From positions 186,001 to 250,000 of the forward strand of contig NW_003314284.1 in the NCBI RefSeq assembly GCF_000143415.4: a stretch of DNA of 64,000 bases, in the 5' to 3' direction. Numbering within the stretch: the stretch's first letter is position 1; each line of letters opens with the position of its first letter. A program made the translations under genes and the position numbers. Shown one piece after another: positions 12,687-25,882 of this stretch. The DNA is from Selaginella moellendorffii. Its lineage: Eukaryota; Plantae; Lycopodiophyta. A model generated the notes under the pieces. That model searched no databases, had not been told where the DNA came from, and saw only the letters and a program-made list of their open reading frames with translations.

Positions 12687-15600
12687 CCTATCCTCTAAGG
12701 AGGGTAGTCTCTCCAACTTAGAGGCTGATTGGACCACATATAGTGGTTCTCTCCTTTTATTGGTTTAGTTCTCGCTAAACCTTTTAGAGACCCTTCTCTA
12801 AGTCAATCCCACTACTCCTTCTCGAGTAGTCTCAATTTCCATTTATTGAACGTTTGCACCTTGGAACTTTTACTCTTTTGACTTTTGGAAGTCAATTTCC
12901 TAGGTGTCTCCAACACCTTGCATTGCACAGATTGTGCAACTCCACTTCCCCATCCTAGGAAGTTCATTACTTGAGGGCACCATCTATTTCGTGCCACCTT
13001 GGGCACTAAGTTCCATTTATCATACTTTGTGCTAGAGCTGTCCATGGCCCTATCATTTGGCTACCTTACCGCTCTCTCCCTTGGAGCTTCCACTTTCGCC
13101 AAATCGGAGCAATTCGGAATCCATCCTTGAAAACACACTTCCTTTCCCGCAATTTGTTAGCGTCCAACACATTAGTGTTCCTCGCCTAACTTTGTCACTT
13201 GGATTCCTTCCAAGGGATTCCACGGCCCTATCTTGGCCACTCATCTTTTGCTCCTATTCGTTGATTGTTGCACCAAGCAACATTGAATCTCTACCTCCCT
13301 CCTTGAGGTATTCTTTTGATTCCATAGCAAAGGCTCTACTTTGCCAAGACTAGGGTGTTCACCCCTAGTAAGTCTCTTTTAGCATCTTCTGCTGTGGGCT
13401 CTATCCACAGCCCAACTTTGTGACCCTCCTATAGGTCTCTTTAGAGACTACTTTCCTTGGACACACTATGCCATCGCAATGACATAGCTCATTTCCCTAA
13501 GGTGCTTTTCCCACTTGGTCACCTTGACCAAGCCACACCATCATCAATAGTTCAAATCAACACTTTGAACTAGGAACCTTATTCCTTAACCCAAACAAGG
13601 ACCTTGTCCTTATTTAGCCACAAAATCACCTAGTGATCTCACCTCGGCACCTTAACAGGTTTGCCAATAGGTACTAGGTCTTCCAGACCTTTAACTTGTT
13701 AATTACAACCCCGGGGGCATCCCCCACATTTGGCGGTGCGCCCAAGCCAGCCCTTCCGGCCAAGGGTCCATAGCAATTGAGACTGGGTGTCCCCATCTCA
13801 TTCACCACGTCCTTGGTGCCACTGGCACCAAAGTGTTTAAGTTAGATATGCTGAGCCACACTAAGTAATCTAACCGTGCATCACGACTCCGGGGCATCCC
13901 CCGCTTAGCGGTGTGCCCAAGCCAATATCCTCATTGAGAGTCCATGACCACCGAAATATGAGTGTCCTCATAGTCCAAACCATCACCACGCCCTAGTGAT
14001 TTGGGACTCGAACCCAAGCACTAGAGGGTCGGGACTCGAACCCAACCTCCGTATATACATCTACGGAAGGCATCATCCAAGATGCCTGGCGTGACTCCCC
14101 ACGCCGGTGCACCAACTTATACTTGAAGCGCGCTATAGATCACAACTTAGGAACCTAGTTCCTCCCCACTGCCAAGTCCTCTCACTTGACAAGCCTGTGA
14201 TCATGCATGGACTCCTCCATGCTTGGCCCCATGGCCCACCCTTTTTGAAGTTATCAACTTCAACTAGGGTATTTGTTCCCCTGACTTGCCAATCTCGCTT
14301 TGGCAAGTCCTCCGACCACTGTAACATGGTTCCTGCACAAGCGTGAAAGCCCTTGATCATCGACTTTCGTTCAAAGCCTTCTCTTTGAACACTCGGGAAC
14401 TACTTCCCTAACCTTGATAGCCTTGCCTCATGGCAAGCTTCAAGACCACGCTTCTGCTGCGCCATTCTGATTTCGCGCGTTCCTTGAACCATTTACGCTT
14501 GGCCTTTCTAGGTACTAAGCTACCTAGAATCCTCTTTGGGAACTTTGAAGGAACTCTGTCCCTTAGCTTGCTAAAGCCCCCCCTTTTTGCAAGCTTTTCA
14601 ATTACCATATAGTCTAACATGGACAATTCCATATTTTAGACTCTCCATGGCATCGCGGTTGCTAGCGGCAACACCCTCGAGCCCCCACTTGATTCTCCAC
14701 TCCCCGCTGGCATAACCAACCTTGGTTATGCCCTTCGATTCCTATGGTTCGGTTCTATCCCCTTACTTCTTGCTTTTGGCTTCACACCTTTCCTTCGGTC
14801 ATTCTCCTCCAGACCAGGAGGATAACTTTGCACTTTCTATCATGCCTTAGCAAATATTCTTAGGGATGAACCTACCCGATAGCCTAGGGAGTGGTTCCTC
14901 AATCCAGATATGCTCACCCTATAATCCCACACACCGGGATTACTTTGTTGCTTACGGGCCTTTGCATGCCCATCGCTAGCCTTGCCAAAATTCCATTTTT
15001 GGCTTTGTCCAATTCGAGTAGACAGTCTTCTCCTGTCTCCGCCACCTTAGACATTTGGATAGCACCTACTATCCATCATTCGCTAGGGACTTAGTCCCTT
15101 GGGCCTTATCTATTGCCCTCGCGACATCAAACACCACCTCCTGGTGTTCTAGAGTGTTCGGGTGTCCCAATGACGGCTTCCTTGACAATGAGTATTTCCT
15201 TTTATGACATTGACTTACTATATCGCAACATAAGCAACTTATCCCCCGTAAGGATATATCCAACTTCCCTATGCCATTAAGAAGGCTTGGGTAGCTACCT
15301 CCTACCTGTTTAACCAATTATTTTGCACCTCTTGCTTAGTTGCCTCGTAGTTGTCAAGTCCTACAACTCATTGCTGGTGCTTTCACACCTCCATCATTAT
15401 CTGGGTCACCACACTCTAATTGCATGCTCTGCAGCTTAGGCTATGCCATTCCCATTTCTATTGGGATTCCTTTGGCAAGGGGTTCTCATGACCCCACCAA
15501 CATAACCTCAAGGTATCACACCTTGGCACATTTAGTGTTTCCACACCATCGGCTCCACGAGCCTACCTCTATGACACTTCTTCTTTGTGTCTAAGTCTTT

Positions 15601-16811
15601 GCCAAGACTAATACCACTCTTTCTCATGCCAACCATCTGTTAGCACTGCATCATAGAGGTCACACACAACTTTGTGTCAAAGTTGTTTTCTTTTTGGGAA
15701 CACCTTTCCCACGACTTTGGCATGGCACATTTTGCCATCGATGAGATACCCTCTGTTCTCATCCTTGGATCCTATGATCCCCCCCCCATCCTTTGTGGGG
15801 TACAACACACCTCAGTCCAAATGCTTCCATCAGTCCAAATTGTACACGACTAATTTTTCCATTCTACTTTAGTCACTTAACCACACCTCCGACCACTTGG
15901 AGGAGTCTCATTCACAACCTCCATCAGTCCAATTCAGGACTTGGGACTTGCTAGCCCCGAGAATGGCATCCATGCCACTCAACATTTGCACTTGGTCCAA
16001 GTGCTCCACGTGTCCGATCCCATGACCGACACTCAAAGGTACTACCGACATGGCAGCTTGTTATGCTAAGGCCATGCCCAATCACCTTTGCCACACTGGT
16101 AGTCCAATACCACTTGCATCACAGTCTTGGCTCTCCAAGACTAGGCAAACCATCCGTGAGTGGTCATCTCAGATCCACTCCTTAGCATCCTTAGGATGCC
16201 CACCGACAAGGGGAATAGCCTTCCCCAATATCCCTCTGTCAGTCCCCACTAAGTCCCTTTTTGCCCTTGGCCGTGTTTGCCAACACTGCCACTGGATCGA
16301 GGCCCACAGGCCCGACCACTAAGTCCCACGGTCCTCTGGGACTTCCTCACCGCACGACTGTGTCCTTGGTCACTGCCCCAGAGGACTGCTCCTCTTCCTT
16401 TCCACAGTCTGGGCCTTTGGGATAACATTTCGGAACACTGTGGCCTTACGCGAGCCACCTGGGTACTCTCCCCGCCTTCCGCCCTTGGGTGCTCTAGCCA
16501 TGGGCTTAGAGTGAGGTTCCGTTGAGCCACGCCTGGTATCCGAGTAGGTAGTGCCACCCACACTTGGACTAGGAGCATCGGCCNNNNNNNNNNNNNNNNN
16601 NNNNNNNNNNNNNNNNNNNNNNNNNNNNNNNNNNNNNNNNNNNNNNNNNNNNNNNNNNNNNNNNNNNNNNNNNNNNNNNNNNNCGTGTTCACTCTAGTCT
16701 TGGACTTCCCAGTGGTCAGCTCATCACCCAACACTGGGTCTGGCCTTCCTGGGCCAAACTGGCCTTTCCTGGCCAAACTGGCTCCACTGGGCTCCAACCC
16801 CCACACTCTCC

Positions 16812-16815
16812 CGGA

Positions 16816-16854
<39 letters not shown>

Positions 16855-17350
16855 TGTCTCGGTCTCGGTCCCGGTCCCGGTCTCGGTTCCATCTCAGACT
16901 CCATCTCGGACTCCACCTCGGGTCCATCTCGAACTCCACCTCGGGTCCATCTCGGACTCCATCTCGGGTCCATCTCGGACTCCATTTCAAGTCCATCTCG
17001 GACTCCATCTTGGGTCCATCTCAGACTCCATCTCGGGTCCATCTCGGACTCCATCTCGGTCCATCTCGGACTCCATCTCGGACTCCATCTTGGACTCCAT
17101 ATCGGACTCCATCTCGGACTCCATATCGGACTCCATCTCGGACTCCATCTCGGACTCCATATCGGACTCCATTTTGGACTCCATCTCGGACTCCGTATCG
17201 GACTCCATTTCGGGTCCATCTCAGACTCCATCTCGGACTCCATATCGGACTTCACTTCGGGTCCATCTCGGACTCCATATCGGACTTCACTTCGGGTCCA
17301 TCTCGAACTCCATCTCGGACTCCATATCGGACTCCACTTCGGGTCCATCT
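16812..17350. repeat. Same hexamer plus 12-bp satellite in the right LTR of C
   Basis: Copy of 11708-12258. Confidence 0.95.
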
Positions 17351-17547
17351 CTAGAGCCTCGCTTATGGCTCGCTTCGTGCTCATTCCTCGAGCACTTTGT
17401 TGGGAGTTCCACTCCTGCTCTCGACCTTTCAAGTCGGAGCTTTTAGTCCAAATGTGTTACACTCGTTTGGCTTTCGCTTCGGCCACTACCACGTGGCGCC
17501 CTTCCAGCTCCACTTTGGGGCCTATGGATTTTGTGTCTCACAACACC

Positions 17548-18372
17548 CTCGCTATCATGCCCTTTGTGTTAGTCTCATTCGGTCTTAAATGCTATTTATG
17601 AAAAGTGTCTAGATTTGCTCATTTGACATATTTACGGAATGTAGAGATTGTGCTGAACACCATGGTGTTCGTCTCGTGTCCAAATTCACAATCTAGCACC
17701 ATTCCATATTTAGTAAGTTTCAAGCTTGTCCCAGAGACTAACTCCTGATACAAAGGGAGGCTTGGGGTGAAAGCCCAAAGCGTGTGTTCCTCAAGGGGGG
17801 GGGGGGGGGGGGGGGGCTATGAGGGGTTCCAAAAGTATAGTAGGGATAGTGGGTAGGTTGGGCATGGCTGACCAATCTGAGGCATAGTTTAGCTCCTGCT
17901 TGTGTGCCTGTCCTTGTTTTACGTCCGGCTTAGGTCTTAGCCCAAGTTCCATACCATGCTAGTTGGTGGGGTACCCATATCCTCACGTTAGGCCACCGGT
18001 ATGCCGAAATAGCGCCAGACTCCATTTGGCTCCATTTTGCGTGCTAGTCCTAGCATTGGGATGCTAGATACTCTAGGACTGTTCCAAGTCGCTTCGTGCC
18101 CCTGTCCCTTCGCTCCTTGGGCTGCATGCTCGGGAGTTGCTCCGTGGTTCAGTTCCATCACTCCTTGGCTCCATGCTTGGGAGTTTTTCACTGTTCCTTC
18201 GTTCAGTGGCCCAAGGCCCTGAACCTCGGGTTCCACACCACTGTCCTATGGACACGTGGCATGTGACATGTGGCATATGTCACGTGGCATAAAGTGGGTT
18301 TAGGTTCCGCTTCGTGGTGTTATCCTATGGTAAATCACCATAGGATAAAGGGTAAAAACCACATGCGCTACA
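17548..18372 (+). repeat. 3' LTR of element B, second part
   Basis: Matches 5051-5844 and ends ...cgctaca. Confidence 0.88.
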
Positions 18373-20260
18373 GCGTTGCTGAAGTCATCAACGTCATCTT
18401 TCATTTGGTCTTCGGATTGTGAGCCGGTGTTCAGGGATCTCAAAGAGTTATTGACAACTCCTCCGGTTTTGGCATATCCTGACTACACTCGACCTTTTAT
18501 TTTGCGCATGGATGCTTCTGACATTGGTCTTAGAGGTGTGTTAATGCAAGAGAGCTCGAGTGTGCCTGGTCAGCGCCATCCCATTGCATATATAAGCTGT
18601 ACATTACAACCAGTGGAGAGGAACTACTCCACGACAGAGAAGGAGTGTTTAGCAGCAGTCTGGGGTTTCGAGAAACTTCATGCATATCTATATGGTTCTC
18701 GGACGTTACTTGAAGGTGACCATGTTGCTGTTACTTCGTTATTGAAGCGGAAGAACCTAGTTGGTCGTACTACTCGGTGGGCTTTGAAACTTCAGATATA
18801 TGATTTTGATGTTGTTCATTGCCCAGGGAGTTCTATGGCTAATGCTGATGCCCTTTCTCGAGCTCCTCTTCCTTCTCCACTCTCTTCTCATGTTTTTGAC
18901 AAGCCTGTTGTTCCAGCATCTGTGGATTTTCTAGACGAGGATTCTGTGCTATCAGCAGTTGCTATACTTGACGTTCAGTGTCCACAAGGTGCATAGCAAA
19001 ATCTACCTTCACTTGATGAGGTTCGCGAGGCTCAAAAGCTTGAGCCGTGGATTCGAAGGCTTCGAGATGGGTTTGAGAATCCTGCATCACTTGCTGATGA
19101 CTTGCCTTTCCGACATTTACATTCTCAATATCGCCTTGAAGATGCCCTTCTTTGTTTTGTGGGGACGGATCCTGATGATCATTTACGGCCGGTGGTGCCT
19201 TCTATCTTTATTCCATAGTTTTTCCATGCTTACCATGATTCTCCTATTCTAGGTGGGCATATGGGACATCATCATGTAATCGAGAAGCTGCGTAGGTCTT
19301 TCTATTGGGCGGAGATGCGATGTGATATTATCCGGTACGTGCGTAACTGCGTTTGGTGCCAAGCTCGTAATACTCCCCCTCGGGCTGCAGAAGGACGGTT
19401 GGAGTCAATTGCAGTTTCCCGTCCGTTTGAGTTGGTGGCGTTTGATCTTATGGGACCTTTTCCACGGTCGACTGCTAGCAATGAGTATGTTATTATTGTT
19501 TTTGACTATTTGACTTGTTGGGTGGAAGTTGGTGCTCTTGCTAGCACCTCTGCAATTGCTGTTGGATACTTCCTCCTCAATCGAGTGGTGTTCCAGCATT
19601 CTTGTCCAGAGTGGATTCTTTCGGATAATGGTCCCACATTTATGGCTGAGGCATTTCATGTTTTGACGTCTCAGTTGGGGATACGCCACACTTTCACGAG
19701 TGCTTATCATCCACAATCAGACAGTCTGGTGGAACAGCTCGTTCGGACATTCAAGGGGATGATTGTGAAGTATATGAACTTTCAGCATTTAGATTGGGAT
19801 GGTTATTTGCCATCTCTTCGGTATGCATATGTCACTAGGGTGCAGAGTTCTATTGGTGCTTCACCATATAAACTCCTATATGGTCATGATCCAATATTAC
19901 CAACAAAGCTGGGTTTACCTTCTCGATTGCCACAAGCTGCGGATGCTAGGTCATGGGATTAGTATTTGACGAGCATTCTTCCACTTGTCCGAGCGGAGTC
20001 TGCCGAACACTTAGGCCGCGTACAAGTGGGACAACAACGGCGGTACAACTCCCATCATCGTCCACCTGCGAAGTACAAAGTGGATGATTTGGTGTTAGTC
20101 CGTTTTCCCCATCTTACGGTACGTGGTTTATCTAAGGGGCTCCTTGCACAGAGGATCAGCCTGCTGGACGTCATGCCGAACCGCATAAACTTATGGTCCA
20201 ACTTGTCGCAACACCCAATACGGTCCTTTCCACTATTGTGCATATGCAGCGGTTAAAATG
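18373..20260 (+). pseudogene. Element A RNaseH - integrase
   Basis: PPVLAYPDYTRPFILRMDASD, ERNYSTTEKECLA, NADALSR; HHCC zinc finger (HDSPILGGHMG...CVWCQ), DLMGP, SDNG, AYHPQSD. Confidence 0.93.
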
Positions 20261-20395
20261 CTTCATACAAAGGGATCAAGAGCAGTTAATACCATCTACA
20301 GATCCGCCGATGCCTCCTTCTGACGTTCCTCCAGATCCTAGCCCGTCTACAAAAGAACCTTGATGGTCTTCCATTATTCCAAGAGGAGGGGATGA

Positions 20396-20570
20396 TGTGA
20401 GGGCCAAGTGTACAACTACAATGCTGTATACTAATATTAGCATAGTGGGATTTTAGTAGCCGTCAGATTGGTTTCAATCCGGACCACTCGCTCTGTATAT
20501 AAGCTAAGGTTTTTGGGCTAATTGATATGCACATTTCTGTATTCCCTTTTCCATATTCCATGCATTCACA
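20396..20570 (+). repeat. 3' LTR of element A, preceded by PPT AAGAGGAGGGGA (20381-20392)
   Basis: Direct repeat of 2029-2189. Confidence 0.9.
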
Positions 20571-21539
20571 ATGTATGCTTACATCAATTTTTTAACCACC
20601 GAAGCTCTAGTCTAGGGAAAGGAAAACAAGTGCAAGAAGTACTTGATAAGTGTAGTGCACCTTATCTCTCTCCCCTTAAGCCAACTGGAAAAGGGGCAAT
20701 TGCTTGATGAAAGAGCCCTTAGTGGCTATTTTATCCCCATTTATCCCCCAAGATTCCAAGGATCCACGGTGACAGTATATCCAAATTTCATCCCATGATC
20801 ACATGCGCTAAAATAAGCTACTATCACAAACCCTTGGTGTGATCTTGAACTCCTCCGGTTCATCTTGAGATGCAGCTGGTTCTTCGATTTTGCTGGTTGG
20901 GGTTTGTGGGCACAAAAGGATTCAGTTTGCATGGATTTTTCCATAGTTTGGCATCTTTCGACCGTAGTAATCTTCGATACATGAGTCCACAGCCCTTATG
21001 GTTTCTTCTCGAAATGCATCTCTGCATGGTGTTTTGGCAATCAGTATTCGGTCGGAGCATGGTATGTACATACAGCACGGCTGAACTAGCATTGTACTTT
21101 GTTTTTGGAGAACTCACATCAACAATCAATGATCTCAGCATGATCGCTCTCATTCCTCACAACACCCCCAACATGTGCGATGTAGATAAAGAAATGCCGT
21201 TGCCGGTCCAAAGAGACAAAAGACGGAACCCTTGTTGAATTTGCGATCTTGAAGCATGTTGCCCTAGAAACTGATCTGAAGCCACAGTGAAAAGACTGGT
21301 GAATCGTAAAGCCATCTCCTGATGCAGGTTACCCTAGACACTGGGAATCCAGTGCTAGAGCCGAAAGGATGTCCGCTCGCTGCAAGATCTGCCACGGAAT
21401 TCCCCAAAAGAACAATGAAACCCTTGCTGTGAATCTTGAAGCCATCTCCTGATGCATGTTACCTTAGACACTGGGAATCGCAAGCCATGACGGTCTTCCC
21501 CTTCAGAGGCCACTGGGAATTATGAAGCTGTCCTGTTTC

Positions 21540-22165
21540 GTTCCCAACGTTTTGTGTTGCGTTGGTCTCTGAATCATTAGTATAAAAGTTGCCTCTCCAA
21601 CCTGACGTTGATAAAAAACCACATTCTCACAATTTTGCTCCGTCTACATATCCACGCTAGTACTATCATCCTCGTGCAGCTTCCAAATATCGCCGATAGT
21701 TCTATCATTAATATTCTTCACATCTCGAAAGACCATGCAATGGTCCCTACTTAAAGGCATCCCGGGCTTCTGTAGCAACTACAATTTGTTGATGCTCCTC
21801 ATAAACCTGTGCGGCACTGAAGCCTCTCCGAAGACGCTCTTCAACCCACTTGATCTTCTGCTTTGATAGTCGTGGAGCTACAGTGGCAGAGATAGGAGCT
21901 GTAACATCTTCTGGCCCGTGACATATCCTTCCTTGAGCATCATCGTGTTCCATACAATAATACATAATCTTTGCCATTTGAAGACACAACACAAACATTT
22001 TGATGGAGAAGTTACACATGCATCCTCACTTGTTTGTTTCCCCACATTGCACTTTCCTCTTCCTACTTCCAGGACCCTGTTTTGGTTTTTCCGACGAGGT
22101 GGGTTCCCACTCATTCCCCCGATGATCATCAGGCCCAAAGCCACACCAGTACTTCTATTCTGCAA
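21540..22165 (-). pseudogene. Mutator-like (MULE/SWIM-type) transposase remnant
   Basis: KRGCMCNFSIK...H.D..G..CHGPED...APRLS...RDAF...WKLHEDDSTSV...VFYQ...FILMIQ matches the layout of plant MULE-derived SWIM zinc-finger proteins; contains stops and frameshifts. Confidence 0.7.
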
Positions 22166-22196
22166 TGCTGTATTAGGAGGGGTTAGGGTTTAGGAA

Positions 22197-24027
22197 TTAC
22201 GAGGCGAGCTGTGTCACAAAGAGAGGCAAGTGCTCCCATTCAATATCAGGAGCTAGATTAAAGAACAACCACTCTAGATTTGGAAGACTGGCAGCCAAAT
22301 CATCCTTGAATTCTGACTGTCCAATGTGTAAATTAGTAAGACCCAGATCTCTAAGAAGTGTGAATGATCCATCCAGGTTGAACAAGTGGATACCACCGCA
22401 GTCAATGTCAAGTGTTTCTAGGCGGTGGGGCAACCATTCAAAGCTGTCATCACTATTTTCACTGTCTTCTACCGATGTAAAACTGTTGAAGCCTGATTGA
22501 GTTCTTAAACATTCGCTTCAAGGGAGCTCTGCTGACGGACTCCACATCAATTTCACATGTTGTTAGGTTGATAAGTTGCCATCGTCCAACGACACTGGCA
22601 AATGCGATGCTGTCTGCCCATAAAACCAATGTTTCAATGCTCCAGTGTCCCCATGCTTTCTGGCACCTTCATTGTACCCTGTGTCATTTCTAGATTTAAA
22701 TGTCTTAGTTTACGTGAAATTCCAGTCAAATCCAAAACTGATGAGTCCTCTTTTGAACTAACATTCAGCCCCAGCTCTTCCAAGTCGGAGAGCTGGGGCA
22801 GTAATGCAATGTTACACTTCATCGGCATCCACCGGGTAGTACATTTTAGATATTTCAGTGATGTCAGGCTGAAAAGCGCATCTGGTAATTCACTCACTTC
22901 TGTTCCTTGAATGTCAAGCACTTGAAGGTTTTTCAGCTTGGATATGCTCTCTGGAATAAAACGCATCTTAGAGCATCGCCACAAGCTCAATACCTTGACA
23001 CCTTGTATGTGATTGATGAAACTGTCATCCACATTAGAAAGTCCTTCACATTTATCCAGAAGTAAGACATCACGCACATGATTATCGGATAGAAAGCTGC
23101 CAACATTCTTTGAGATGAATGAAACTTCAGCAAATGTTGCATCCCGAATGCCAATTGTCCAGTCATATCCGAACAGGCATCCCTTCTCGTGCTCTTGCTG
23201 TGAACCGTACTTCCCTTTTAAGATTCTTATGCACAGTTTGCGTAGCATATCGTGTACAATTATACGATCATCGTCATCCCAAGACTTATTTATCTTGACC
23301 AGGCATCTCCGTTCCAGTTCATTGACAATCGCTGTGGGTGAGAGTTCTGACCCAACCTCCATCCAACATTTCCTCAAGTCAGTGAACTCAATCTCCTCGT
23401 CTTCTGGGAATGCGGCCACATAAAGAAACCACTCTTGCAAGCTTTTCACCCTCATAGTTTCCCAGCTCGTCATAGCTGAACTTCAAGCGCTTGAACATCT
23501 GCTTCTCAACGTCTGGGTCATTGGACAAGTGCAACCTCTTATATCATTCTTCCCACACAAGTGGCCCTTCTCTTCTGTGGACAGCCATGGCACTGCCAAT
23601 CACTTCCAGGGCTAGAGGAAGTCCCTCACATTTTTGAGCTATTTCCTTGGCAAATCCCACAACATCAGGGTCACTGGGTTGTGGATCATGCACACCGAAG
23701 GCAAACTTCCAAAACATCTTTTTGCTTTCGTCCATTGATAGCTGATGCACAGGAAATGCCTTTGCATCCAGGCTGCGCAAAATGCCTTCCTTTCTGGTTG
23801 TCACCAGGATCCGGCCAGAGGATGGCTGTGCTATAAAATCCAGTTCCTTTGCCCAGCTCCAGTCCCAGACATCATCCAGTACCAGCAAGACACGGTTACC
23901 AGCAGCAACATCGTGTGCCAAGTGCTTCATGTCGTCAAGGGTTCCTCTGGCCCTCTCTTTCATTTCACCCCATTCAAGAGCGTTGAGGAGCTGGGCCTTG
24001 AGATCGTCCTCCGAAGCATCTTTCTTC
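22197..24027 (-). pseudogene. NB-ARC-LRR (NLR) paralogue fragment, 5'-truncated at the hAT TIR
   Basis: VLLVLDDVWD, GRILVTTR, GLPLAL, IIVHDML and LRRs, highly similar to 40876-43147; frameshifted; P-loop missing. Confidence 0.9.
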
Positions 24028-25782
24028 CATAGTTGCAGCTAGACATGCAAATGTTCCAACAGGTCGACGTTTAAACGCCGTTTAAAACGTTTTTTTCAGG
24101 ACAATCCAACATTTACATGTTAAAGCCTAAAATGATTAAGAAAACACTAATATTTACTAAAGACACTTTAATCTGATATTAAGTTTATAAAACCTAACCA
24201 AATAACATACTAAAACAAATGAAAGAACAAGTTTTAGTCGTCTTCCGATTTGGTTCCTCAAAATCTTCTTGCAGATCCAAAATCCTCTTCCAATGAGGCT
24301 CCAACTCCAGCTTGTCTATATCAATCTCCAACATCCTCAAACCTTCACTCTCCAGCTTTTGAGCAACCCGCAAGTTTGTGTGAATGTAAACCAGCTTCTC
24401 AACATTTGTGGGAAGCAAGTGGGACCTATGCTTTGTTTGTATCAAGCTCCATGAGCTCTAATTCCTCTCGCATGGAAAAGCACAAACAACTTGGCTTAAA
24501 ATCCGGAGAGCCATGCGACGTAGATCAGGCATCTCTAAACCAAAAGAACTCCACCAGGTTACTGGAAACTTTCTAGTCTCCCGATCTTTGGCAACAGGTA
24601 ACCTTATTTGCCGTCCAAGTTGTTGCCGAAACCTCTCAAACTGTGCCTGCAATCTCAGCTACAAGTCCAGATCACCTCCACTATAAACATGCATGTACTC
24701 CAGCCAGTTCCCGCGTGCCTCATTGTCCAGCTTGTCGTTCTCCGGGTTATCCCCCAGAAACAGAGGATGAAGAGCAAAAGCAGCTCCATGAATGACGTTG
24801 TGCATTTGATACCACCTTGCCTCCTTTAGACCATGTGATTCAAGTAGGAAATCCTTGATTTGTCCCACTTCCTCATGTGCATAAATTCCGTTTCGAGCTC
24901 CCTCATCCATCTTCTCAATCAGCCGATCAACAGCTTCAAAGATGAGGCTTGAAGTCGCCCCCTCCCGATCAGCGAGCCGAAGAACTCAAAGTAAAGGTCC
25001 GAGCAAAATTAACAAATTCTCGCACCGCTCCCAGAACGAGTCATCGAGAACACGAGATCGCAACTCCAGGCCCTCCGGCTTTTTAGACCAGTCAAGTCGC
25101 TCCCATTCTTGGCTCACCACCATTCTTCGAAGCCCAGAGAGATTCGTGGTCTCCAGAAGCTGAGACATCACGAGAAATATAAGCAAACCTCGTGGTCACA
25201 AGCTTTATCAGATCCTGTTTGCAGAAAGTTCTATAAAGAGTTAGAACCCGTGGCTTTGAGGTGATGAAGGAGTTGTCTTCGCACAGCCATCGACCAAAGG
25301 CTGCACCCAAGACAGAGCTCCAATATCTTCGAACAGCAAGTCCATAATGTGGCAAATGCAGCGAACGTGTACAATCTGTGGAAACTCCTGCTGCAAAAGC
25401 TCCCCCATGACCACGCAGTTGCTTGCATTGTCCGTCACCACCTGCACAACGTTTTCCGTGCCAACCTCGGCAATCACTTGTTTCAGCTGCTCAAACAACC
25501 ATGCTCTAGTTTTTTTCGCGTTCTTGCTGTCCACAGCCTTCAGGAAAATTGAGCCTCTCACAGAACTGACCATGAAGTTGATAAAAGACCGCTTCTTGAT
25601 ATCAGACCAGCCATTCGTGACAATGGTACAACCATATGTCCTCCAACTTAGCCGCACATCTTCAAGCCACTTCTGAACGTTGTTGTAGATTTGTTGTAGC
25701 TCAGTTGTCCGCAACTTCTCATATCCCATGAGGTTGTCAATCATTGGACGCCCCACTTTTGCGGCAACTTTCAGCATTCTCT
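24028..25782 (-). mobile_element. hAT transposon 3' half (DUF659 plus dimerisation domain), left inverted copy
   Basis: GCTIVTNGWSD, VVQVVTDNASN, CICH, PVTWWSSFG...ALRILSQ...CERN; TIR CATAGTTGCAGCTA at 24028. Confidence 0.9.
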
Positions 25783-25882
25783 NNNNNNNNNNNNNNNNNN
25801 NNNNNNNNNNNNNNNNNNNNNNNNNNNNNNNNNNNNNNNNNNNNNNNNNNNNNNNNNNNNNNNNNNNNNNNNNNNNNNNNNN

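Larger units (their letters stand above)
10643..17542 (-). mobile_element. LTR retrotransposon C (LARD-like, non-coding, youngest) inserted in the 3' LTR of B
   Basis: Near-identical 1.7-1.8-kb TG...CA LTRs at 10643-12450 and 15841-17542, with a perfect 5-bp TSD ACACC (10638-10642 / 17543-17547). A purine tract on the minus strand next to 12451 and a motif shared with B's LTR suggest minus orientation. Confidence 0.9.
4721..18372 (+). mobile_element. LTR retrotransposon B (non-autonomous, degenerate interior) inserted between RT and RNaseH of element A
   Basis: About 1.1-kb LTRs at 4721-5844 and 10312-10642 + 17548-18372. PBS TGGTATCAGAG (tRNA-iMet) at 5847-5857, PPT GGGGGGGAGAG at 10301-10311, terminal inverted ends tgtcgcgaatgtg...cacatgcgctaca. 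The interior is T/G-rich with no long ORF. Confidence 0.88.
2029..20570 (+). mobile_element. Ty3/Gypsy LTR retrotransposon A (outer element of a nest, decayed)
   Basis: Short TG...CA LTRs at 2029-2189 and 20396-20570, PBS after the 5' LTR and PPT before the 3' LTR. Domain order gag-PR-RT-RH-IN. TSD at best imperfect (gtgt/atgt). Confidence 0.92.

Noticed and set aside
20740-21480. Short ORFs and a roughly 50-bp direct repeat (21301/21431)
   Set aside because: No convincing domain; probably decayed TE, possibly the distal part of the MULE
22181-22193. Telomere-like GGTTAGGGTTTAGG at the MULE/NLR junction as a healed break
   Set aside because: Too short to distinguish from a common telo-box
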